This document shows positions 9,409-17,800 of a stretch of DNA of 32,000 bases, piece by piece. The notes under the pieces are model-generated. The model was given only the letters and a program-made list of their open reading frames with translations, was not told the DNA's origin and made no database searches. A program made the position numbers and the translations under genes. The stretch's first letter is position 1, and each line of letters starts with the position of its first letter. The stretch is from NCBI RefSeq assembly GCF_002945325.1, contig NZ_CP026606.1:180001-212000 (forward strand), in the 5' to 3' direction. This DNA is from Methanococcus maripaludis. GTDB taxonomy: Archaea > AGJL01 > Methanococci > Methanococcales > Methanococcaceae.

Positions 9409-9960
9409 TTATTCAGTTAATTTTTTTCCAATATTAAATGCCTGTTCTAATGTATTTTCGTGGTTTAAAACGTCTCCTGGAGCTCCAACACCGCCTTTTA
9501 CAATAGATTTAACAACATTTAATCCAAGGAAATTTAACATGGAATTTGTGTTTTCAATGTACGGTGCAAATGCACTTTCGTCAGGGTTTGCCTGAACGTA
9601 AACTGTAGCAGTTTTAATATTGCTTAATCTCGGGCTGAAATCAGCATTAACTACAGGGTAGAGCCTGTCGAGGAATATTTTTGCCTGTCCAGTAACCTGC
9701 CACATGTAAATTGGAGATCCAATAACTAAAACATCTGCTTCTTTTAAGTTTTCTAAAATTTCTGCCATATCATCTTTTTGAGCACATTTAAACTCGGATC
9801 TGCAGTGCATACATCCTTTACATCCATTGACATTCATTTTATCAATATCGTATTGAATTACTTCTGCACCGTTTGATTTTGCACCATCTAAAATTTTGTT
9901 TATCAATAATGCAGTATTTCCCTGTTTTTTTGGGCTCCCGTTTATTGCAACAACTTTCAT
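9409..9960 (-). CDS. NADPH-dependent FMN reductase / flavodoxin family protein (start corrected to 9960)
   Basis: [69 protein letters not shown]. Confidence 0.88.
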   Translation of the reverse strand: [183 protein letters not shown]

Positions 9961-10002
9961 AATATCACTTTGTATTATTTTGAATTTGATTTTCATGAGT
10001 AT

Positions 10003-10046
10003 TTTTCAAAATAATTGATTTAACTCGATATGGATTTTATTTAATT
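10003..10046. repeat. 44-nt direct repeat, copy 1 (TTTTCAAAATAATTGATTTAACTCGATATGGATTTTATTTAATT)
   Basis: Identical to 10457..10500. Confidence 0.9.
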
Positions 10047-10117
10047 CACACACTTTTTTAAATAAATATTTTCGTTATTTAAGTTTTCTTTTAAAATAAA
10101 AAGAAAAAAAGAATAAA

Positions 10118-10273
10118 TTACTTATCTTCAGGTTTACATTGTCCTTTTTTCATACATTTAACTTCAATGCAGTCCATGCATTTCTTGGTTGCCCAAAATA
10201 TAATTGAAAAAATAAAGCTGAATAATATTACTAGTGAAGCCATTAAAAGGCCGCAATTATACGGGTCATACAT
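10118..10273 (-). CDS. 51-aa small membrane protein with Cys-rich tail (MYDPYNCGLLMASLVILFSFIFSIIFWATKKCMDCIEVKCMKKGQCKPEDK)
   Basis: ORF not in the supplied track; ATG after GGTGAG, one TM segment, then CxxC...C...C; has its own TATA-like element and operator-like palindrome upstream. Confidence 0.65.
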   Translation of the reverse strand: MYDPYNCGLLMASLVILFSFIFSIIFWATKKCMDCIEVKCMKKGQCKPEDK

Positions 10274-10364
10274 GCTACTCACCTTTAAAGAAAGATTTTA
10301 GTTTTCGAATGAAATATTCCCTCATTATTGGATTTTTTAGTATATCGAATAGGGGATTTAAGAT

Positions 10365-10378
10365 TGACTAATCAGTCT
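10365..10378. promoter_or_regulatory. Candidate TetR operator B (TGACTAATCAGTCT) upstream of the 51-aa ORF
   Basis: Same motif and spacing from TATATATAA (about 10401-10409). Confidence 0.7.
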
Positions 10379-10456
10379 AATATTACTTTGTTTTTTTAGT
10401 ATATATAATTAAGGTATTTAAAAAAATGAGAAAAATTATTTTGCTTTTAAAGCTTA

Positions 10457-10500
10457 TTTTCAAAATAATTGATTTAACTCGATATGGATTTTATTTAATT
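10457..10500. repeat. 44-nt direct repeat, copy 2
   Basis: Identical to 10003..10046. Confidence 0.9.
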
Positions 10501-10529
10501 TATACAAAACTTATGAAGCATTTCGGCAA

Positions 10530-11024
10530 TTACACGAATAGATTTACAACAACGCCAGCAATAATTGCCGATATAATTGTAAATGCTACGTATGATGTAA
10601 AGTGTTTAGCTCCAAGAACTATTTTAACGGCACCAAGATTCGTAATTTTTGTTGCAGGGCCAGTTATCATGAAAGCTGCAGCGGCCCCCATACTCATTCC
10701 AGAATCTAACCATGCCATAAGTAATGGAATCGTACCACCTCCACAAACATATAATGGCACCCCAATTGTTGCTGCCATCAAAACACCAAATCCTCTTTGA
10801 CTGCCAAAAAGGTTTGCGAATGCATCAGGGGATACATAATGCTGAAATAATGCTGAAAGCAGGATTCCAATAAGAAAATAGGGCCCTGTTGCTTTGGTAT
10901 TTCTCCATATGTTTTTTGGTAATCTCAACAACACATTTGGGTCAGCATCTCTGTTTGTAGGTTCTGAAAAGCCGGAAAAATTAAAAAATTTCCGATCCCC
11001 AAATAAAAACTGGAGTAATTTCAT
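10530..11024 (-). CDS. UPF0718/ArsP-like permease, C-terminal half only
   Basis: GVLMAATIGVPLYVCGGGTIPLLMAWLDSGMSMGAAAAFMITGPATKITNLGAVKIVLG is the second-half signature; the first membrane half is missing. Confidence 0.75.
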   Translation of the reverse strand: MKLLQFLFGDRKFFNFSGFSEPTNRDADPNVLLRLPKNIWRNTKATGPYFLIGILLSALFQHYVSPDAFANLFGSQRGFGVLMAATIGVPLYVCGGGTIPLLMAWLDSGMSMGAAAAFMITGPATKITNLGAVKIVLGAKHFTSYVAFTIISAIIAGVVVNLFV

Positions 11025-11247
11025 AGGTCATATATATTTTAGGAGGTTTGGTAACTGTTTTTTGAGTGTTATTAGTATCTGCTTCAGGGAGTTTGGAAGT
11101 TTCAATTGTTGTATCATATATAGAACTTTCAATAACTGCGTTACTGGTTGCATTTGTTTGAGTACTGTCTTCGTCAATACATCCAGCAATTAAAGAAAAT
11201 ATTAGTAAGGACCCAAATATGGCAATAATTTGTCGTTTTAGTTTCAT
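10981..11247 (-). CDS. Putative lipoprotein, probably truncated
   Basis: MKLKRQIIAIFGSLLIFSLIAGCIDED signal peptide with lipobox and Thr/Asn-rich linker; ends by running into the permease start in another frame. Confidence 0.6.
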   Translation of the reverse strand: MKLKRQIIAIFGSLLIFSLIAGCIDEDSTQTNATSNAVIESSIYDTTIETSKLPEADTNNTQKTVTKPPKIYMTYEITPVFIWGSEIF

Positions 11248-11354
11248 GATTTTTTTCCAACACCAATTTTTTCAAGGTATAAAATATTTTCACAAGCCTA
11301 AATGTACTTTAATTTCTAATTTTTGACATAATTAAATCAGTAATTTAGTAAGAG

Positions 11355-11368
11355 TGACTAATCAATCA
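11355..11368. promoter_or_regulatory. Candidate TetR operator C (TGACTAATCAATCA) between tetR-like gene and lipoprotein
   Basis: One mismatch to consensus in the 3' arm. Confidence 0.5.
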
Positions 11369-11386
11369 TATTTTAGCTAAAAAAAA

Positions 11387-11965
11387 TTAGTTTTTGACTA
11401 GTCCGTTCCAGACTATCTCAAATCCGTCGTCAATAAATTTATTTTTATCTTTAGATAAACCATAGCTTGAAATTACTTGCACTACTGTCCTGCTGTTTTG
11501 GTAAAACATTGCAATGACCAGTTCCAAAGGTAATTTTTTGACAGCCCCAGCGGTTACTCCGTCTTCAATGAGTTTATGAATAGTAAAGTACTCCTTCATA
11601 ACTTCTTCACGCGTAAAATTCGATATGTAAGGCGAATTGCAAAACTGTCCGACAAAAAGAAACTCGTTATAATTATCTAAGCCCCATCTAACTAAATTAT
11701 CCCATATTTTTTTCAACCTGTCTTTAAAGTTAACCTGTGGTTCGAGGTCTTTGACCATTGTCCGGCTTAAATCCGCTTTTACTTCAAAATACAGGTTGTT
11801 TATCAGGTCTTCTTTTGTTGGGAAATAATGGAAGAGTGTACCCGTAGCTACACCTGCTTCTTTTGAAATTTGGGCTGTAGATGTGCCGTGAAACCCACGT
11901 TCAGTAAAAAGTTTCAAAGCGGCGTCCATAATCGCTTTTCTTTTGTCTTCAATATTTGCTTTCAT
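11387..11965 (-). CDS. TetR/AcrR family transcriptional regulator
   Basis: KRKAIMDAALKLFTERGFHGTSTAQISKEAGVATGTLFHYFPTKEDLINNLY helix-turn-helix. Confidence 0.93.
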   Translation of the reverse strand: MKANIEDKRKAIMDAALKLFTERGFHGTSTAQISKEAGVATGTLFHYFPTKEDLINNLYFEVKADLSRTMVKDLEPQVNFKDRLKKIWDNLVRWGLDNYNEFLFVGQFCNSPYISNFTREEVMKEYFTIHKLIEDGVTAGAVKKLPLELVIAMFYQNSRTVVQVISSYGLSKDKNKFIDDGFEIVWNGLVKN

Positions 11966-11978
11966 ATATATCTCATCC

Positions 11979-11992
11979 TGACTGATTAGTCA
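11979..11992. promoter_or_regulatory. Candidate TetR operator D (TGACTGATTAGTCA) in the regulator's own leader
   Basis: Identical to operator E; 14 nt upstream of the regulator ATG at 11965. Confidence 0.75.
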
Positions 11993-12024
11993 ATTAAATA
12001 TACGGTTGTTTTGCTATATAAACT

Positions 12025-12038
12025 TGACTGATTAGTCA
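12025..12038. promoter_or_regulatory. Candidate TetR operator E (TGACTGATTAGTCA), adjacent to TATATAG
   Basis: Exact duplicate of D, 46 bp away, bracketing the TATA-like element (about 12015-12021). Confidence 0.75.
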
Positions 12039-12196
12039 GTGATACATTTTGATGATTTAAGGGTTAGATTAAAATAAAACTTAAATTTATGATTAATCCA
12101 AAATTTCGAAAAAAGAAGTTATGGCTTCCAAAATTTTTTTATTTTTTAAATAAATCAAAAAAGGCCAAAAGAAATTAAATAAATTAGAAGTTATTT

Positions 12197-12799
12197 TTAA
12201 TATACAATAAAATGAATTGCACCACACTGTCCAGGATAGCTCATAAGTTGGATTATTGAGCTGTACGTGACAGTAGAATTTATTTTAACGTTATTAAGGT
12301 CTCCAGAAACTAGTGTATCATTAGTAACTGATACATAGCACAGGCTGTTTTCCCCTTCAACTAAAAATCTATTGTAGTCATTTACAAAATCAATTTCAGT
12401 AACTATTCCTGAAGTTACAAATTCTGGAGGGTAGTAAAGTACAGATGATGCGGTCAAAATTGGCGGAAAAGATCGTGTCATAATTCCTGAGTAGTTAATT
12501 TCTACCAATCCCCCAACAGAGATATTATCACCTTCATAAATTTCAGGGAATTTAATATCAATACTTTCAGGCACATTTACAACATATTCGCCGTTGCTAT
12601 TGTTTACCAATAACTTGTAATTTCCATCCGCAACTTCAATGGAGTTTATAACTCCAAAAATTATTTCCGACCCATAATTAGAATCGTTTGTTGAGTTATT
12701 GCCAGGTTCTGCATTTTTCTGAAAAATTACAAAACTTCCAGCAATTATGCATAAAAAAACTGCTAAAATTGCAATCATGCTACTTGTTTTAAATTTCAT
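12197..12799 (-). CDS. Secreted/membrane-anchored hypothetical protein with two related halves
   Basis: N-terminal hydrophobic segment; GVINSIEVADGNYKLLV and GIVTEIDFVNDYNRFLV start similar halves. Confidence 0.65.
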   Translation of the reverse strand: MKFKTSSMIAILAVFLCIIAGSFVIFQKNAEPGNNSTNDSNYGSEIIFGVINSIEVADGNYKLLVNNSNGEYVVNVPESIDIKFPEIYEGDNISVGGLVEINYSGIMTRSFPPILTASSVLYYPPEFVTSGIVTEIDFVNDYNRFLVEGENSLCYVSVTNDTLVSGDLNNVKINSTVTYSSIIQLMSYPGQCGAIHFIVY

Positions 12800-12870
12800 A
12801 GTTCACCTCAGAAAGCATAAGTCTGCTTCTTAAATTAGCTTGAATTTCAAAACATATAAAAACGTGGATT

Positions 12871-12892
12871 TTGTTCGCATTTGGCCGAACAA
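12871..12892. promoter_or_regulatory. Inverted repeat TTGTTCG-N8-CGAACAA upstream of TATATAAAA-type promoter
   Basis: Perfect 7-bp arms 12871-12877 / 12886-12892. Confidence 0.5.
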
Positions 12893-13171
12893 TGATCTAA
12901 CGTTTAAAACTCGTAAAAATAATGCTATTTATTAATTAAATGTCTTTAATTTAAAGTTACATTTAAATTTTAGATTTTTTTACGTTATTCAATCAATATG
13001 ACCTATGACATGCATATATTACGTGTAGATTCATTGGATAACTTATCTAAAGTTTAAACGTGATTTTCATTTCAAAAGTGATATATAACGGTAATTAAAA
13101 ATAAAATTGCAAAAATTCGTTTTAATTTAAAAAGTAAACAGAAGAATCCAAATTAGGAGACTGATATATTA

Positions 13172-14407
13172 ATGTACCGACAAAAACATGCTGATCAAGA
13201 TTATGCACTGGAAACAGTCCCTTCAGAAAGTAAAAAAGGATTTTTACCAATGTTTGCAATAATGCTTGGATTTACCTTTTTTTCAGCAAGCATGTGGGCA
13301 GGCGGAACGATTGGGACAGGTTTGAAATTCCAAACATTTCTTCTAATTGTTTTAATGGGCAATTTATTGCTTGGATTATATACTGGAGCTCTTGCATATA
13401 TTGGATCAAGTACTGGTCTTTCTACGCACCTTCTCGCAAGATACTCCTTTGGAGAAAAAGGATCTTATCTCGCATCATTTATTTTAGCAATTACTCAAGT
13501 CGGCTGGTTTGGTGTTGGTGTTGCAATGTTTTCACTTCCTGTCCACTATGCAACAGGGATTGATTTAAACATTCTACTTTTACTTTCCGGAATTTTAATG
13601 ACCACAACCGCATATTTTGGAATAAAGTCGCTTACAGTATTAAGTATGATTTCTGTTCCTGCAATAACTCTTCTAGGCATTTACTCAGTAACTGGAGCAG
13701 TTAATTCAATTGGAGGAATTTCTGAACTTTTTGCAATTGAACCCGCAAATAACATGGGGCTTGCAGTTGGACTGAGCCTTTGTATTGGTTCATTTATCAG
13801 TGGAGGTACACTAACGCCTGATTTTGCAAGATTTTCAAAAAGTAAGTCTATTGGCGTAATTTCAACATTTATTGCTTTTTTTATTGGAAATTCGTTAATG
13901 TTTATATTTGGTGCAGTTGGTGCTTCTACATTAGGTCATTCAGATATTTCCGAAGTAATGCTTAAACAAGGGTTAATAATTCCTGCAATTATAATTTTAG
14001 GAGTTAATATATGGACTACGAATGATAACGCCCTTTATGCATCAGGCCTTGGTTTCTCAAATATTACAAAAATACCAAAAAAACATGTTGTGATTTTTAA
14101 CGGGTTAATTGGAACACTTGGGGCATTAATCCTGTACAATAACTTTGTAGGTTGGTTAACCTTGCTTAGCTCCATTATTCCATCCATTGGCGGGATTATC
14201 ATATCGGATTATTTCATAAATAAACGTCAAAAGTACGCGTCACTTGAAAACATTAAAGTTAAAAAAGTACATTGGAATGCAGTTATTGCGTGGGTATTGG
14301 GCATTTTTGCATCGCAATTTTTACCAGGAATTTCGCCAATAAATGCCGTTTTTGGTTCAGCAATTATCTACGTTGTACTTGAAACATTGAGCAAAAATAA
14401 TATTTAA
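13172..14407 (+). CDS. codB: Cytosine permease-like transporter (NCS1/CodB-type)
   Basis: WAGGTIGTGLKFQTFLLIVLMGNLLLGLYTGALAYIGSSTGLSTHLLARYSFG; 12-TM-like; WTTNDNALYASGLGFSNI. Confidence 0.82.
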   Translation: MYRQKHADQDYALETVPSESKKGFLPMFAIMLGFTFFSASMWAGGTIGTGLKFQTFLLIVLMGNLLLGLYTGALAYIGSSTGLSTHLLARYSFGEKGSYLASFILAITQVGWFGVGVAMFSLPVHYATGIDLNILLLLSGILMTTTAYFGIKSLTVLSMISVPAITLLGIYSVTGAVNSIGGISELFAIEPANNMGLAVGLSLCIGSFISGGTLTPDFARFSKSKSIGVISTFIAFFIGNSLMFIFGAVGASTLGHSDISEVMLKQGLIIPAIIILGVNIWTTNDNALYASGLGFSNITKIPKKHVVIFNGLIGTLGALILYNNFVGWLTLLSSIIPSIGGIIISDYFINKRQKYASLENIKVKKVHWNAVIAWVLGIFASQFLPGISPINAVFGSAIIYVVLETLSKNNI

Positions 14408-14873
14408 AAAGTATATTAATCAGTTACTTTCAGATGTTATATATTATCCCAGGTAATCCTATTATTTTTTAGTAATTCTTGATTTTTTAAGACATTTAAT
14501 AAGTTTTATGGGTTAAGCTTAAAGAATTAATTTCTAAAAAAGTGTTTTTATGCCCCAAATTTAAATTTGATACGGAATTTTAATTTCACTTGGGGGGTGA
14601 AAAAATGTCACATTTTAAATTTTAAAATATATTTAAAATTCACTATCGTTAGATTAATCGGGTACATAAAAACATTATTATCATTGATTTATATTATATA
14701 TAAATAATAGTAATTTAATTGAGAACATAATACATAAATATTATTTTTTACATTATGTCGGGAATGATATAGCAATATCGGAAATATTGATAAATCAGAG
14801 GAGTCATTCCGAATCTAATTTTTTTAATTTTACAAAAAAGTCAAAAAAGAAAAATTTTATTTTTTTAATTAAA

Positions 14874-17800
14874 TTATTCAACAACTTTAGGTCCATTTTC
14901 TGTCCATTCGACCATGATTGGTCCTTCTGGCAACTCATCCAAAGTTTTAAAGTATTCTAATGCAGCTTGTGTTCCAAGTCTATCAGAACCTGCAATATAT
15001 ACAATAGTATAGCTTTGAACAATTTTTCCAGTGTTGTCTTGAACTTTTAATACCTGAATTATTCCTTTGTTTTCTCCAGGGTAGTCGTTTGAAATTGGCA
15101 TTTCAAACTGATCGTTGTATTCTTTTGCAAAGCCATTTGCGTTTGGCCCACCAACGATTACTGCATTTCCAGAAATTTTGTAACCGTTTGCATTTTGTAT
15201 TCTTTCTCTTAATTCTTCAGCAAACTTTTGATCGATTTCGTTTCCATATATAACTGCCGCACTTGAAACGAAGTTTTTAATTACTTTTGATTCGATTTCA
15301 TCTGAAATATCTGAATCGTAGCTTCTTCCACCACTACTGCTGTGCGAAGAGCTTGGTGTAGTTGGTGCAACGTAGTTTCCAATTTCGTTTCCGTTCCACA
15401 TGTCGATTAATGGGGCAGTATCGTTTTCTAAATACTCGATATCGTAGTATTCTTCACCGTAAGTTCTTTCATAGTCACATCCATAAAGGTAAGGAGTGTC
15501 ACCAATTCCGTTTGAATCTGCGTCTGTTCCACTGTAGTCAGACCAGTAGTTTCCAAGGATGTTACTGTAATTATTTCCATTGTATTTATATTCAATTTCA
15601 AAAGGACTTACTAAACTGTTGTTTACAGTTGTGTTTGGCATTATTTCAGAAATATTTGACGAATTTCCTGTGTAAATAAAGTTATTTAAGTAAATATTAC
15701 AGCCTGTGATGTTATCTCCAATAATAATTGGATAATCGTCTGCATAAATCGTATTTTGTGTAATATTTGAGTAATCTTCACAACAATTATCAAGCAAGAT
15801 TCCAATAGTGCTTGCACGAATTGTATTGTTAAATATTGTTGCATATGCATTTATTCCAAGATCAGGATATCCGTTAGGGTCAATTGCGTAATCCCTGCTT
15901 GCATTTATCACAGTGTTTGAGGATATTAGCGTGTACTGTCCACAGGTCCAAATATGGTCATCCACAGTGTTTGAGGAAATTGTATTATTGTTTCCGTAAA
16001 CTCCCATGTGCGCATCGCCATACTTGTCATTATGTAAAACGTTTGAAGAGATTGTGGCATTGTTTCCTTCCAAATAGATAGAGTAATCTACCGTGTTTGA
16101 GGATATTGTGTTATTGTTTCCGTAAACATCAATGTGACCATATGCCCAAGCATCATGTAAAACATTTGATGAAATTATGTTGTAGTCCCCTTTAACACAT
16201 ACACTAGAATAAAGATAAGGCATGGAATAGAATTCTTCCTCATCGTTCGTGTTATTGAAGATTTTGTTATTGAAGATTTTGTTATAATTTCCGTAAATAC
16301 CTAAGGAAGTGTAGTATTCACCCGTTAAAGTGTTTTCGAAGACTGTCGTGTTTAGTACATCGTAAAGATCCATACCATAAGTATCGTTGTATGCTTTGAC
16401 AGTAATGGTATTTATTGAAATTGTTGAGTTTTCAATATAATCCAGATCCATACCATAAGTATCGTTTTCATTAGATTCAGCTGTTATGTTATTTCCCAAA
16501 ATCGCTGAGTTTTCGATATTATTCTCTGCAAAAATACCGTAAGCGTTTGGATAATATCCATCATAAGAATACGCATAAAGGTCGATTATATTGTTTTCTA
16601 TTGTTATATTGACCATATCATATTGACATGCGTAGATACCGAGAGCTTCGCCGTAAGAGTCTGCTGTTATGTTATTTCCTGAAATTGTAGAATTTTCCAT
16701 GTATTTATATGCGAAGATACCATAAGCGCAATTATCACTGGAATTGAGTATGATGTTATTTCCTAAAATCTTAGTATTTACCATATCTTCGTCTTCAGCG
16801 TAGATACCGTAAGCATCTTCGCATGCATCTACTGTGATATTGTTTTCTGAAATTGTGGAATTTTCCAAATTATCACAGGCATAAATACAGTAAGAGTAAT
16901 ACCCATTACTTTCTGAAATGAATGTATTTCCTGAAATTATTGTATTTACTATATTGTAATCGGTGTAAATACATTCAGAATCCTCAGTATTGGATGAAAT
17001 ATTAAATAAATTAGATTCTATGGTCGAATTTACTAAATCTGCACCACACGCGTAGATACCACAAGCACAATCTTCCCCATATGCAGTAATTGTATTTCCA
17101 GATATTACTGAGCTTATAATGGCAAATGGGTAAATACAGTAAGCATCCCCCTCTTTTGAAATAATCGTAATTTCGTTGTTTTTAATTTTTGAACCGATTA
17201 AATCTTCATTGTCCGTGTAAATAACGTAAGAACCGTCATAACCGTTTGCTGTGATGTTATTCTCGGCCATGGATGTGTTGTATATATAATCGCCAGCATA
17301 AATACAGTAAGTTTCGGAATCAGAAGATAAATCGAATACGTTATCCTCAATTGTCACATTTGTAATATCTTCATTGTATGAACAAATACCGTATGCATCT
17401 TCTGTCGCATTTGCTGTTATGTTATTTCCAGATATTACGTTGTTGGTAATATTATATACTGAATAAATACCATAAGCATTATTATCAGCAGAATAAAGAT
17501 CGATTACATTATTTTCAATCGTTGAATTTGTTATATTGTCCCAGCATGCCCTGATACCGTAAGCAGTGCCCACGGTGGAATTAATGCTAATTTCGTTATC
17601 TTCGATCGTCGAGTTTATAATAGCCTCGTCAGCATAGATACCGTTGGCAACAGTAACAGTGCTAACCATATTGATCGTATTTCCAGAAATTGTGCTGTTT
17701 TCAATAGTATCATCAAACACAATACTGCCGTCGTACGTCATAGTATTAAACGTATTTTCCAAAATTTTGGTACCATAAGACTCTTGTAATTCGATAGAAT

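Noticed and set aside
10894-11193. Plus-strand ORF overlapping permease and lipoprotein
   Set aside because: Antisense to supported genes with no start context or family-like motifs; likewise 10426..10800, 7111..7323, 8689..8910, 8941..9129 and 6594..6806.
11395-11403. GACTAGTC palindrome near the end of the TetR gene as a sixth operator
   Set aside because: Lacks the 4-nt central spacing of the other sites and encodes the last residues (GLVKN) of the regulator.
15362-15679. Plus-strand 105-aa ORF within the beta-helix gene
   Set aside because: Antisense to a clearly coding repeat gene; low-complexity S/R/L/H/F composition typical of the antisense frame. Same for 15884..16081.
16323-17702. 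Possible CRISPR array or DNA-level satellite
   Set aside because: Repeats are protein-level beta-helix coils with divergent DNA; no constant repeat with unique spacers. No CRISPR array was seen anywhere in the window.
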